Origin: Ferroacidibacillus organovorans
GTDB lineage: Bacteria; Bacillota; Bacilli; Alicyclobacillales; SLC66
Length of the DNA stretch: 64,000 nucleotides
Assembly (NCBI RefSeq): GCF_001642725.1
Contig: NZ_LSUQ01000003.1
Span: 1-64,000, forward strand
Reading direction: 5' to 3'
Shown here: positions 20,454-31,172 of the stretch, piece after piece
How positions within the stretch are numbered: the first letter of the stretch is position 1
How the letters are laid out: every line of letters starts with the position of its first letter
Notes under the pieces: model-generated
Seen by the model: the letters and a program-made list of their open reading frames with translations, nothing else
The model's database searches: none
What the model was told of the DNA's origin: nothing
Program-made: the position numbers and the translations under genes

Positions 20454-20495
20454 AAAACCATCGTCTTTGGGTGAAAATCCAGGGACGATGGTTTT
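20454..20495. terminator. Terminator after htpG
   Basis: AAAACCATCGTC...GACGATGGTTTT. Confidence 0.75.
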
Positions 20496-20529
20496 AAGAT
20501 GATCGAAGCGGTAAAGAGGGGCACATGAA

Positions 20530-20904
20530 ATGAACAGCTCAAAAATGGCGCACCAGGTGAGCAATTTTGTCCGCGAGGTTCGCAAGCAGCATGTGGGCAA
20601 GGGGCCGGAGCACGTTACCACGCGGTTTTTGGATGCCTGGGCGATCTGTGAGCTCAAGGGCAATCTCACGACTGTCGAGCGGTTTGCGGTAAACACGGAG
20701 GAAGGCAAGCGAATGGTTCGCGAACTGCGGACGACGTACATCAAGAAGGTGTACGAGGATGCGGCGACCCGCTCGGAAATCGAGCGCATTGTTGGCGCCA
20801 AACTTGTCACACTTTTGAGTGACTTTGATGTGGATTTGGATCTGGCAGTAACGGTCTTTGTCTTTGATCGCCCACTTTTAGTTGTCGAAGTGGATGAAGT
20901 TTGA
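20530..20904 (+). CDS. DUF2294 (MpsC-family) protein
   Basis: GKGPE...GNLTTVERF...VRELR...LSDFD. Confidence 0.85.
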   Translation: MNSSKMAHQVSNFVREVRKQHVGKGPEHVTTRFLDAWAICELKGNLTTVERFAVNTEEGKRMVRELRTTYIKKVYEDAATRSEIERIVGAKLVTLLSDFDVDLDLAVTVFVFDRPLLVVEVDEV

Positions 20905-21070
20905 TATTCTCATAGGTAGATAGCTTTTGGATTGGCAAAAAGTACACGAGGTGCTTTGAACTACTCCGCAAAAGCAAATTTCTTCTCACAATGCCATGCG
21001 GTGAGGAAGATTTGGTTTTGTGGGGTAGTTTTTATTTTTCATAATTGATGGAATAAGGGGACGTCAAGGC

Positions 21071-24028
21071 ATGGGCCATGTTCAGTTCAATCTTGATGGA
21101 GAGTTACGGCAAGTGCCAGAAGGTACGCGAATCCTAGATTATCTGATCGCTCAAGGCATTGAGCACCCGCATATTTGTTACTCAGAGGTGCTGGGACCGA
21201 TTCAGAGTTGCGACACCTGCATGTGCGAAGTCAACGGACAAACGGTGCGGGCTTGCGCGACAGTTCTAGAGGATGGCATGAAGGTACGCCTTGCTTCCGC
21301 GCAAGCGAAAGAGGCGCAGCGCGATGCGATGGATCGCATCTTGGAAAATCACCTGTTGTATTGTACCGTGTGCGACAACAACAATGGAAATTGCCGTGTC
21401 CACAACACGGCAGAAATGTTGGACGTGAGTCACCAAACGCGCCCATTTCGCCCCAAAGGGTATGACGTGGACATGTCGAATCCATTTTATCGCTATGATC
21501 CTGATCAGTGCATCCTCTGTGGGCGCTGTGTGGAGGCGTGCCAAGATCTGCAAGTCAATGAGACGCTCAGCATCTCGTGGGAAGACGACATGCCGCGCGT
21601 GTTGTGGGACGGTGGAAAACCGATTGACGAGTCGTCATGCGTCTCTTGTGGCCACTGTGTTACGGTGTGTCCTTGCAATGCGCTGATGGAGAAATCGATG
21701 CTTGGCGAAGCGGGTTACATGACAGGGATGTCGGACGAATTGTTACATCCGATGATTCAACTGGTCAAAGAGGTTGAGCCTGATTATAAGACCATTTTTG
21801 CAGTGTCTGAAGTTGAGGCGGCCATGCGCGAAACGCGGACGAAAAAAACGAAGACGGTCTGCACGTTTTGTGGTGTCGGCTGTAGTTTTGAAGTGTGGAC
21901 GAAGGGGCGCGAAATTCTCAAGATTGAGCCCGTAGAGCAGGCGCCTGTCAACAGTATCTCTACATGCATTAAAGGTAAATTTGGCTGGGATTTTGTGAAT
22001 TCGAACCAGCGACTCACGTCGCCCCTGATTCGCAAGGGGGATGCATTTGTTGAAGCGTCCTGGGACGAGGCGCTTGACTTGATCGCAAAAAAGATGGGAC
22101 AGATCAGAGATACGCATGGCTCGAATGCGCTTGGCTTTATCTCTTCTTCTAAAATGACGAATGAAGAGAATTACCTGATGCAAAAGCTGGCAAGGCAAGT
22201 GTTTGGAACGAACAACGTGGATAACTGTTCGCGCTACTGCCAGTCTCCCGCCTCTTGGGGGTTACAACAGACGGGTGGAATAGGCGGCGACTCGGGAACG
22301 ATTGAGGATATCGCTGCTGCGGGGTTGGTCATTCTCGTTGGCTGTTCACCGGCAGAAGGCCATCCGGTATTGGCAACGCGCATCAAGCGCGCGCACAAAT
22401 TGCACGGGCAAAAACTGGTTACGTTTGATCTTCGGAAACACGAAATGGCGGAGCGCTCGGATCTTTTTGTGCGGCCAAAGCAAGGCACGGATTATGTATG
22501 GTTAGCGGCTGTCACGAAGTACATCATCGATCAAGGTTGGCATGATGAAGCGTTTATTCATCAGCACGTCAATGGATTTGATGCGTATTCGGAACTGCTG
22601 GAGTCCTTTACACTCGAATTTGCCGAAAAGGAAACGGGTATTTCAAAAGAAACGCTCATTCAGGTTGCGACAATGGTTCATGAAGCGGACGGAACGGCGA
22701 TCTGTTGGGGCATGGGCGTTACGCAAAATGTGGCGGGTTCGCATACGTCTGGCGCGATTGCAAATTTGCTGCTTGTGACGGGCAACATGGCGCGCAAAGG
22801 CGCAGGCGCTTTTCCACTGCGCGGACACAACAATGTTCAAGGCGCGAGTGACATGGGAACGATGCCGAATATTTTCCCGGGGTATCAACCGGTGACGGAT
22901 GGCGATATCAGGGCGAAATTCGAAAAAGCGTACGGGGTGTCGATTCAGGCTCAACCAGGGTATGACAACATCCAAATGCTAGAGGCCATCGAGCGCGGTG
23001 AGCTTAGAGGAATGTACATTGCAGGGGAAGACATGGCGTGGGTTGACGCGAACTCGAATCATACGCAAGAGATGCTTAAGAACGTCGAGTTCTTGGTTGT
23101 CCAGGAAATCTTCTTGACGACGACCGCGCAGTTTGCAGACGTGATTCTTCCGGGGACGCCATCCCTTGAAAAGGATGGAACATTCACCAACACAGAGCGG
23201 CGTGTTCAACGCTTGTACAAAGCGCTGGAACCGCTCGGTGACAGCAAGCCAGACTGGGAGATCTTTATGGAACTGGCGCGTCGCTTGGGGTTTGCTTGGA
23301 ACTACGCGCATCCGCGTGAAATTTTTGCGGAAATGGCCAGTTTGACACCGTTTTTCTCGGGATGCAATTACGATGGATTGGCGGACTGGGGAAGTTTTCA
23401 CTGGGGATCGCCTGATGGGGAAAATACACCTGTTCTGTATTTGAACGGATTCAATTTTCCTGACAAAAAGGCGCGCTTTGCATTGTTCGAGTATGTTGCG
23501 CCTGTAGAGTTCCCGGAAGAGTTTGATCTTACGCTTGACAATGGGCGTCTTCTCGAGCAATTTCATGAGGGCAACCTTACGGGCAAAGTGGCTGGTATTC
23601 AAGATAAACTGCCTGAGGTTTTTGTGGAGATCTCGCGCGAGCTGGCGGAGCAACGCGGTGTTGAAACAGGAACGTTTGTACGGCTTGAGTCACCGTATGG
23701 GGCGGTCAAATTAAAAGCGATTGTCACGGATCGCGTACAAGGCCAGACGGTGTATATGCCGATGCACTCGTCCAGCCACGAAACGGCCGTCAATATGTTG
23801 ACGGGGAACATCTTTGATGTGAAGACGCACACGCCAGCGTATAAACAGGCGAAGGTGCGGATGCAGGTGTTAAAGGCAAAAGGGGACAGTCCACTGCCGC
23901 GCAACAATCCGCGCAATGCCGTGCGAAAGCCACAGATGGGTGTGCAGGTTGAGCGGAAGTGGGCGCGTGCCGACTATCAGCCGATTGCGGATGTCAATGT
24001 ACCCGATTCTTATAAGGGGGCGCGTTAA
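21071..24028 (+). CDS. fdhF: Formate dehydrogenase alpha subunit-like molybdoenzyme (YjgC/YrhE type) with fused Fe-S domains
   Basis: N-terminal 2Fe-2S and 4Fe-4S Cys motifs, CTFCGVGC, SRYCQSP, LRGHNNVQG, EKDGTFTNTERR. Confidence 0.92.
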   Translation: MGHVQFNLDGELRQVPEGTRILDYLIAQGIEHPHICYSEVLGPIQSCDTCMCEVNGQTVRACATVLEDGMKVRLASAQAKEAQRDAMDRILENHLLYCTVCDNNNGNCRVHNTAEMLDVSHQTRPFRPKGYDVDMSNPFYRYDPDQCILCGRCVEACQDLQVNETLSISWEDDMPRVLWDGGKPIDESSCVSCGHCVTVCPCNALMEKSMLGEAGYMTGMSDELLHPMIQLVKEVEPDYKTIFAVSEVEAAMRETRTKKTKTVCTFCGVGCSFEVWTKGREILKIEPVEQAPVNSISTCIKGKFGWDFVNSNQRLTSPLIRKGDAFVEASWDEALDLIAKKMGQIRDTHGSNALGFISSSKMTNEENYLMQKLARQVFGTNNVDNCSRYCQSPASWGLQQTGGIGGDSGTIEDIAAAGLVILVGCSPAEGHPVLATRIKRAHKLHGQKLVTFDLRKHEMAERSDLFVRPKQGTDYVWLAAVTKYIIDQGWHDEAFIHQHVNGFDAYSELLESFTLEFAEKETGISKETLIQVATMVHEADGTAICWGMGVTQNVAGSHTSGAIANLLLVTGNMARKGAGAFPLRGHNNVQGASDMGTMPNIFPGYQPVTDGDIRAKFEKAYGVSIQAQPGYDNIQMLEAIERGELRGMYIAGEDMAWVDANSNHTQEMLKNVEFLVVQEIFLTTTAQFADVILPGTPSLEKDGTFTNTERRVQRLYKALEPLGDSKPDWEIFMELARRLGFAWNYAHPREIFAEMASLTPFFSGCNYDGLADWGSFHWGSPDGENTPVLYLNGFNFPDKKARFALFEYVAPVEFPEEFDLTLDNGRLLEQFHEGNLTGKVAGIQDKLPEVFVEISRELAEQRGVETGTFVRLESPYGAVKLKAIVTDRVQGQTVYMPMHSSSHETAVNMLTGNIFDVKTHTPAYKQAKVRMQVLKAKGDSPLPRNNPRNAVRKPQMGVQVERKWARADYQPIADVNVPDSYKGAR

Positions 24029-24508
24029 ATGGCGGCGCCGATTCAGAAGATTTCGCGTGCGGTGAAAACGGAGCAGCCTACAGACGTTAAATCGCTTGAA
24101 AGCCTCCTCTCTGCGGTAGCGGATAAGAATGAGAGTCTTGAACAGGCGATGAATTTGCTTCAAGAGCTGTACGATAGTGGTATTCTCGAAGCGTTGACAG
24201 CGATGGTTGTCGCGAAAGAAAAGATCGCGAAAATCGCCGTCGAGCAGGCGTTGCGCCCGGAAGCCACGACGCTCATCAACAATATGATGAGCGCCTTAGG
24301 CGGATTGACCAAACTCGACCCGGAGATGACGGGCACGTTGTTAAGCGGGCTTGCGCAAGGATTGGAAGATGGAAAACAATCCTTGCAAAACTCGAAAAAA
24401 ATTGGCGTGTTAGACCTCGGAAGGGCGTTAAATGATCCTGATGTAAACCGAACACTCAAATTCGCGATGGGCTTTTTGAAGGGATTCGGGAAATCGATGA
24501 TGGATTAG
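24029..24508 (+). CDS. DUF1641 (YjgD-like) protein
   Basis: MAAPI start, ALNDPDVNRTL C-terminal motif, adjacent to the Fdh gene. Confidence 0.88.
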   Translation: MAAPIQKISRAVKTEQPTDVKSLESLLSAVADKNESLEQAMNLLQELYDSGILEALTAMVVAKEKIAKIAVEQALRPEATTLINNMMSALGGLTKLDPEMTGTLLSGLAQGLEDGKQSLQNSKKIGVLDLGRALNDPDVNRTLKFAMGFLKGFGKSMMD

Positions 24509-25241
24509 GGCGCAAGGGTTCTGGAAGGGATTGTAAAACAAGATACGCTAAGGTGGCAAAGAGGCAAGAGACAACGGACACGTGAATCAAAAAACCGAAA
24601 AGTGAAAGATTAGTGAGGATTAGATATGCACCACTGAGAATTTGTCCCGCGACCAAAAGTATAGTGAGGAGCGCCCCTCGATAGAGATCGGGGCGCTCTA
24701 ATCGCCAGCGATATGCAAAAATGAAAAGACGGATGATGAGAAGGAAGAGCCCTATGGCAATTCCGCGATGAAGAAAATCAAAATACACATTGAAACCTGC
24801 TTGATGGTACGTTTCACTCGGAAATGGGTAACCACGAAAACTGTCTGAAATGTTGCTCTTTGCAAGATAGGCGCCTACATACATTGCAATAAAGGTGTAA
24901 CCCAATGTGAAAAGCGTCCACTTTGTAAAATTTTTAGGTAGTTCATTTGCGCGTAGACGATGCGGATCTCCTGATCCGAAGGGGTGTTGGCGTTGAATTT
25001 GTGCGAGCACAATAGTTACTAGGATATTTCCTGCAAAGGAGATGAGGGAGACTCCCAGAGTAACGGCTAAAATTGCCGGGGAGACAGATGGTAAAAGCAC
25101 AGCGATTGCGCCAACGACAGATTCCAAAATGACAAAACCCATGCTGATCCAAACCAACACGCGCACCTCAAGCCATGAGCTGTATCTACGCCACAAGAAT
25201 CGCGTAGGGCTGAGGAGTTCCATTATACCTATTTGGCGCAT
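24456..25241 (-). pseudogene. N-terminally truncated heme A synthase (CtaA/Cox15) homolog
   Basis: LGVSLISFA, FLHR and IHVS match the CtaA middle and C-terminal parts; N-terminal Cys loop and EWSHR motif absent. Confidence 0.65.
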
Positions 25242-25452
25242 AGTTCATTCGTGCTAGGTAAAGGAGGGTGTCAATACGTTTGGCGGAGACTTCGAATTTT
25301 TTTGGTGACTTTACTTTTTTAGTGCCGCGAATTTCTACGGTTTTTACACGTTTACGCGTTGTGGAACGATAAATTCGAGTCATTTTGGATCGTATAAGAC
25401 GAAAATAGAATACGATATAACTATAGATACGAATCTTACGTGGAGGTGTCAT

Positions 25453-26259
25453 GTGCGAAAACGGAATATAATGTGGGGTGCAGGCGCCGTCGTTTGCAGT
25501 GCTGCACTCATTGTAACGCTCATCTCGCATGTCTCAAGAGGAGCGACGACGAGTTCAAATCCTACTGGTCAGAGCGTGCGTCACGCCCGTGAAACCTCAC
25601 CGTCAACCACGAGTGCTTTTACAAAGGGTAAATCCACTTCATCGCAAACATTAACGGTGATGGCAATCGGTGGGTCGAGCGCGCAAGGGTATGATGCGCC
25701 TAAGCTTGACGGCTATCTTACGAGGGCAATGCAAACGGTCTCTTCAAAGTTGAATCTTCACATCAACTTTGTAAATAAGGCTGTGAGTGGCGGTATCCCT
25801 ACCATGCTGGCTCCACAATACGACCCGCTCCTTTATCAAGTCAAACCAAATGTCGTGTTGATTGCTTGGGGACTTTTAAATGATATTGCCCGAAAGACAC
25901 CGCAAGCGATGTTTGAGAGGGTCATAAAAGATGAGGTTTCTATGGCTGTCGCGTACGGCGCGGATGTTTGGATCGTCACTCCGCCAGTTACCCCTGCGAC
26001 GTATGTTGGCCATGACGTAAAGCTTGAACAGGTGTACACGAACTTGGAAGTCGCAGGCGCTCGCGAAGTACACAGCTCACATGTGCACGTCTTTGACCTT
26101 TTAAGCGCCATGAAAAGTTATTTGAAGGTGCATCATCTGTCCTACAAGCCTTATGCATCCAACAATTGGCATATGAATCTGGCTGGACATATCCTTGCGG
26201 GACAGATTCTTGCAAATGAAATTTTGACGAAATCAAAAGCGATCGGCCTTGTGGCTTGA
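25453..26259 (+). CDS. Secreted or membrane-anchored SGNH/GDSL hydrolase
   Basis: N-terminal hydrophobic segment; IGGSSAQG, NKAVSG, WGLLND, NNWHMN. Confidence 0.8.
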   Translation: MRKRNIMWGAGAVVCSAALIVTLISHVSRGATTSSNPTGQSVRHARETSPSTTSAFTKGKSTSSQTLTVMAIGGSSAQGYDAPKLDGYLTRAMQTVSSKLNLHINFVNKAVSGGIPTMLAPQYDPLLYQVKPNVVLIAWGLLNDIARKTPQAMFERVIKDEVSMAVAYGADVWIVTPPVTPATYVGHDVKLEQVYTNLEVAGAREVHSSHVHVFDLLSAMKSYLKVHHLSYKPYASNNWHMNLAGHILAGQILANEILTKSKAIGLVA

Positions 26260-26281
26260 TTTGCGCAAAACGGTGTTCGAC

Positions 26282-26314
26282 AACCCAGTTGCCCTTGTGG
26301 TAACTGGGTTTTTT
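26282..26314. terminator. Terminator between convergent genes
   Basis: AACCCAGTTGCC...GGTAACTGGGTT then a T-tract. Confidence 0.75.
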
Positions 26315-26366
26315 CGGTTCTACGATCTTGACAAGATTGGGCGATGTAATTTGGAGCGATCCTCAC

Positions 26367-27533
26367 TCATTTTGATTCAACAAGGAGCGCGCGGTTGAGG
26401 TCGCGAACAGCCCGCTGCCCAGATAATGCCATCGTGATGTCAACATCCGCAATCAAATGTTGCAGTACCGTCTTTACACCTCTCTCACCCGCGACCGCGA
26501 GACCATACATGCAAGGGCGTCCGATAAGCGTGGCCTTCGCTCCGAGCGCGATCGCTTTGACGAGATCGGATCCCCTTCGGATCCCACTGTCCATCAGCAC
26601 TGGAATGCGATCCGAAACGGTGTCACAGATCACCGGTAACGCATCAAGCGCGCCGATCGCGCCGTCGACTTGACGCCCGCCGTGATTGGATACGATGATT
26701 CCGTCTACACCGTGATCCAGCGCGCGCCTTGCATCGTCAGGATGCAAGATTCCCTTCAATAGAATGGGCAGCTTCGTATGCTCCCTCAAAAAAGCTATGT
26801 CCTGCCAAGTCAGGCTCATGTTACCGAAAATCTGCGCCCAATAGGCGATTGCGGCGGTTGGATCTTCCTGTGGAGATTTTGGCAAATTTGCGCAGAACGC
26901 AGGATCTGTCACATAGTTGCCGATGCCTTCGCCGATTAAAAAAGGGAGATACACATTTTTTAGGTCAAACTCCCGCCACGCCATCATCGGTGTGTCGAGC
27001 GTGACGACGATGGCAGAATACCCGGACGCTTCAGCTCTTTGCAGGAAGCTGGCGGCGATGTCCGGATTTTTGCTCCAATACAGTTGAAACCAGCGCGGGG
27101 CGTCGCCCATAGTACGCGCGATGTCTTCCATTGAATGGGTGGAGGCAGAACTCGCGATGTACGGGACGCCAAGCGCTGCGCAGGCCTGCGCGGAGGCGAG
27201 TTCGCCGGCGGGATGAATGATGGATTGTACTCCGATTGGCGCGTGAAAAACAGGAAATGCAAAGGTTTGGCCAAGGATTTCAACGGATAGGTCGCGTTCT
27301 TCTACATTTTGTAACATGCGGGGTACAATCTTCCAACGGTCAAATGCTTGCAGGTTCGCCTTCATCGTGCGCTCACCGCCGGCGCCTCCTGCGACATAAT
27401 AAAAGGGGCCATCCTGCAGCACTTCACGCGCGCGCGATTCCCACTCTTCGTAGACGACGGGGAGGCGGTCCGGATCGGGATGGGCCATGGTTTTGTACAC
27501 ATCAAATTGGACGTGATTTCCGAAGTTCGGCAT
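26367..27533 (-). CDS. FMN-dependent alpha-hydroxy acid oxidase / lactate 2-monooxygenase
   Basis: WFQLYW, VTLDTP, SNHGGRQVDG, DSGIRRG. Confidence 0.93.
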   Translation of the reverse strand: MPNFGNHVQFDVYKTMAHPDPDRLPVVYEEWESRAREVLQDGPFYYVAGGAGGERTMKANLQAFDRWKIVPRMLQNVEERDLSVEILGQTFAFPVFHAPIGVQSIIHPAGELASAQACAALGVPYIASSASTHSMEDIARTMGDAPRWFQLYWSKNPDIAASFLQRAEASGYSAIVVTLDTPMMAWREFDLKNVYLPFLIGEGIGNYVTDPAFCANLPKSPQEDPTAAIAYWAQIFGNMSLTWQDIAFLREHTKLPILLKGILHPDDARRALDHGVDGIIVSNHGGRQVDGAIGALDALPVICDTVSDRIPVLMDSGIRRGSDLVKAIALGAKATLIGRPCMYGLAVAGERGVKTVLQHLIADVDITMALSGQRAVRDLNRALLVESK

Positions 27534-27693
27534 GAGAACGCTCCTTTTGGGGGATGGATGAGTTTAACGTTTCAGGTGCCATTTCATATGAATACTACCA
27601 TTCTTTCATCCGTTTCTGTGGCGTCTCGTGCTCTTTACACTGGCATTTTCCGATGAGATACTTGGCTAAAAAGACATGGGCGAGGTGTGCGCG

Positions 27694-28974
27694 ATGACGG
27701 ATCGTATACAAGAAATCATGAAAGCTGTCCGGGTCCATCCGGACGTGGAGCGCGCGCTCGCATGGATTCACGCGGATGTGGAGCGAACGATCGAAGAGCA
27801 GATCGAACTCACAGAGATTGCGGCGCCGTCGTTTCAGGAGGATCTGCGCGGAGAGCGATTTAAGGAGAAACTTGAAGCGCTTTTGCTCGAAGATGTCCGC
27901 GTCGATCGGGTGGGAAATGTGACCGGAATACGCCGCGGGGTAGGGGATGGACCAACCTTGCTGATCTGTGCGCACCTTGACACGGTGTTTCCGGCGGGGA
28001 CAGACGTGTCGGTAAAGCGGCGCGCGGGGCGTCTCTTTGCGCCAGGGATTGCGGACGACGGCAGAGGGTTGGCTACCGTGCTGGGGCTGGCGCGTGCGCT
28101 TCAAGAGAGCGGGATCAAAACGCGCGGAGATATCCTTTTTGGGGCGACCGTTGGGGAAGAAGGACTCGGTGATCTGCGCGGTGTCAAGGCGCTGTTTCGT
28201 GATCAAGCGCGAACGGATGTGGCTTCATCAGATCATGTTCCGCGGATTGACGGCTTTGTCTCCATGGAGCCGGGATCCCCAGCGCGCACCACCTATCTCG
28301 CCACGGGCAGTCGCCGTTACCGCATCACGTTTTACGGCCCGGGAGGGCACAGTTTTGGGGATTTTGGGACGCCGAGCGCGATTCACGCGTTAGGGCGCGC
28401 GATTGCAAAGATTGCTGATCTTCGTCCGCCGAGCCATCCGAAAACCACGTTTAACGTGGGAGGGGTGTCTGGCGGAACGTCTGTGAACACGATTGCCCAG
28501 AGCGCCAGCATGCTGCTCGATCTTCGCTCTAATGACGTGGCAGAGCTCGGCGCGCTGGAAGATCAGGCGCTTCACGCAGTTCACGCGGCGTGTGAAGAGG
28601 AGAATCACGGCATTGAACGTCCTCATCTTCGCGTCGAGATTGAAAAGATTGGAGATCGCCCGGCGGGGGAGCAGTCACCGGATGCTCCTATTGTGCGCGC
28701 GTCTCTTGCGGCGGCGCGCGTGCTCGGTCTTGAACCTGTTCTCGATCAGGCGCAGAGCACAGACGCAAACGTCCCCATCCATCTCGGTATTCCATCCGTC
28801 ACGCTCGGCGGCGGCGGAGATTGCGGCGGCATGCACACGCTTGAGGAGTTTTTTGATCCCAGCGGAAGCCACATTGGAGTACAACACGCATTTTTGACCA
28901 TGCTAGCGCTTGTGGGTGTGCGAGATGCGTGGGAGCCCATCCTTGAGAAACGTTCTGCAAAAACCACTCTTTAA
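27694..28974 (+). CDS. M20/M25/M40 family metallopeptidase
   Basis: AHLDTV, GIADD, GEEG, STDAN, GMHT. Confidence 0.9.
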   Translation: MTDRIQEIMKAVRVHPDVERALAWIHADVERTIEEQIELTEIAAPSFQEDLRGERFKEKLEALLLEDVRVDRVGNVTGIRRGVGDGPTLLICAHLDTVFPAGTDVSVKRRAGRLFAPGIADDGRGLATVLGLARALQESGIKTRGDILFGATVGEEGLGDLRGVKALFRDQARTDVASSDHVPRIDGFVSMEPGSPARTTYLATGSRRYRITFYGPGGHSFGDFGTPSAIHALGRAIAKIADLRPPSHPKTTFNVGGVSGGTSVNTIAQSASMLLDLRSNDVAELGALEDQALHAVHAACEEENHGIERPHLRVEIEKIGDRPAGEQSPDAPIVRASLAAARVLGLEPVLDQAQSTDANVPIHLGIPSVTLGGGGDCGGMHTLEEFFDPSGSHIGVQHAFLTMLALVGVRDAWEPILEKRSAKTTL

Positions 28975-29021
28975 TCGAATCGTGGCGCGGACGAAACATC
29001 ACTTCTAGGAGAACAACCGCC

Positions 29022-31172
29022 ATGAAGCGAAGAGAAATTCCCGCATTGCTTGATCTCATCATGTCGCATGATCGTTCTTCACTCCACGTCCAAGCGGGGT
29101 TGCGCAATGCGCTCGGGATTGCGCTGCCGCTTGCCGTAGGACTCATCAGCGGACAAGTGCAAACCTCCATCGTTGTGGCCATTGGCGCACTCGTCACCGG
29201 GTTTGCCGGCGTCACAGGAACATCGCGCTTGCGCTTGCGCACGATGCTCCTGGCCTTTGGCTGGCTTGGCGTCGCCACCTTCATCGGCACACTAAGCGGC
29301 CACTTCCTGATCGCATCAGGCGTATTGCTGATGGCGAACGGTTTTTTTGCTGGCATTCTGGTCGCGGTGAGTCCCGCCGCGGCGCAGGTTGGCATGCTTG
29401 CCACGCAGAGCATGATTATTTTCATGGCCTTCCCCGCCGCTCCGTTGCACGCACTTTTTCAGGCGCTGCTTGTCATGTTGGGCAGTTTCACGCAAATCTC
29501 ACTGATGTGGGTTCAGGATCGCTTTGCTCCACTACGTGAAGAGAGCATCGGTGTGTCGCGCGTGTTTCGTGCAGTCGGGCACTTTGTGGCATCGCGTACC
29601 CGCATATCGGAGCTTGCGGTCGTGCAGGCGCTCGTCTATGCGGAGACGCAATTGAACGATTCGCGTTTACCCGGGTCATCGTGGCGAAAACTAAGGATTT
29701 TATTAGATGAAATTGAGCATGTTCGCAACGCTGTTGTCGCGCTGAATCGCTCTTTTCGATTGCTTGAGGAAGGCGATCCGAAAGCGATGCGCGATGCAGG
29801 TTTGTGGCGTTCATCTTTTTACTCTGAGTTGAGCGCTTCGATCGATGCATTTGCCGAAGCGGTTCTCAATCGTCAGATGCTGCCTGAGCACTCGCTCGCT
29901 CAGGCAATTTTTGCAGAAGATCTCTACACACGATTTGAACATAGAGCGACGGAGGTTGGGGACCGTACGATCGAGCGCGTCATCGCGCAACTAATCGAGC
30001 ATATAAGCGCATGCTTGGAGCGCATCGATGCTGTCATGCGGCAAGGCGCACCGCAAAATCTGAACGCCAAACTTCCGACATCACACCCCACCTTTTGGCA
30101 GCCCATTCGCACTTTGTTTGCGACGGTGCGCGCAAACTTTACGTGGCAATCCGCCGCACTGCGTCACGCGATCCGCGTTTCGTGCACGCTTGGCATCGCG
30201 TTTGTCTTCTATCGACTGATTCCACTTCCGCGCGGCTATTGGGTGCCGCTCACCGCGCTGCTCATCTTGAAACCTGATTTTTTTTCGACCGTCAGCAGAA
30301 GCCTTGCGCGAGTGGTGGGCACTGCGATCGGGGTCGTCGTCACGACAGCGCTTATCGCCATTCCTCAACCTGCGCCTTTTTTCAGCGTCATTTGGATCAT
30401 CGTATTTGCAGTACTTTTATACACCGTGTTCAACTATAACTACCTCCTTTTTTCTGTATTCATCACCTCGGAGATTGTGGTACTCCTCTCGTTTTTCGAA
30501 CATATGGCGCCAATACTCGCGGTGCGTGATCGACTGCTTGATACGATGATTGGGAGTGCGTTTGCGCTGATCGCTTTTTCGCTTTGGCCAACTTGGCAAC
30601 TCACAAATGTTCCGAATGCGTTGGGCAATTTTTTGCGCGCCGATAGGCGTTATTTGCGCGCGGTGTTTCAGCAGATGAGAGATAGAGATGACAACCGTCT
30701 CTTGACATCAGACGCTCGCAAAGCAGTGCGTTTGGCGCGTACTAATGCGATGGCCGTCGTTGAGCAGATGGTCAATGAGCCACGGCGCGGCGTGCTCGAT
30801 CGCGCTTCGGTCAGCGGTTTCTTGATGGCTCTGCATCGTTTTGTCGACAACCTGCTGGCGCTTGAGACAGGCATGCGCGCGTTGCGAAGTGAGAACCATT
30901 CAAAGAGCGATTTATCGCTTATTCATCAGGATTTTGGCGATTTTCTTGTCGTGATCATGGAGGACATGGAAGTCTTGGTACGCGCGTCTTTGTCCGCGCA
31001 ACCGGACCGAGAAGACGTGCTTTCAATGATGGCGCAAAGACTCGCGTTCGCTTCGCCTCAGTGGATTGAACAGGAATGGCAAGACCCTTATCTGCGAAAC
31101 ATCGCTCAGAGGCTCCTTGGAAACGTGGGCACCATGATACGCATGATGCCACTCGATCAGGCGAGTGAGTAA
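29022..31172 (+). CDS. FUSC (YccS-like) family membrane protein
   Basis: RHAIR, RGYWVPLT...LKPD, RLLDTMIG. Confidence 0.9.
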   Translation: MKRREIPALLDLIMSHDRSSLHVQAGLRNALGIALPLAVGLISGQVQTSIVVAIGALVTGFAGVTGTSRLRLRTMLLAFGWLGVATFIGTLSGHFLIASGVLLMANGFFAGILVAVSPAAAQVGMLATQSMIIFMAFPAAPLHALFQALLVMLGSFTQISLMWVQDRFAPLREESIGVSRVFRAVGHFVASRTRISELAVVQALVYAETQLNDSRLPGSSWRKLRILLDEIEHVRNAVVALNRSFRLLEEGDPKAMRDAGLWRSSFYSELSASIDAFAEAVLNRQMLPEHSLAQAIFAEDLYTRFEHRATEVGDRTIERVIAQLIEHISACLERIDAVMRQGAPQNLNAKLPTSHPTFWQPIRTLFATVRANFTWQSAALRHAIRVSCTLGIAFVFYRLIPLPRGYWVPLTALLILKPDFFSTVSRSLARVVGTAIGVVVTTALIAIPQPAPFFSVIWIIVFAVLLYTVFNYNYLLFSVFITSEIVVLLSFFEHMAPILAVRDRLLDTMIGSAFALIAFSLWPTWQLTNVPNALGNFLRADRRYLRAVFQQMRDRDDNRLLTSDARKAVRLARTNAMAVVEQMVNEPRRGVLDRASVSGFLMALHRFVDNLLALETGMRALRSENHSKSDLSLIHQDFGDFLVVIMEDMEVLVRASLSAQPDREDVLSMMAQRLAFASPQWIEQEWQDPYLRNIAQRLLGNVGTMIRMMPLDQASE

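Noticed and set aside
21071..24028. Formate dehydrogenase as a selenoprotein
   Set aside because: Frame is uninterrupted and the metal ligand is Cys (SRYCQ)
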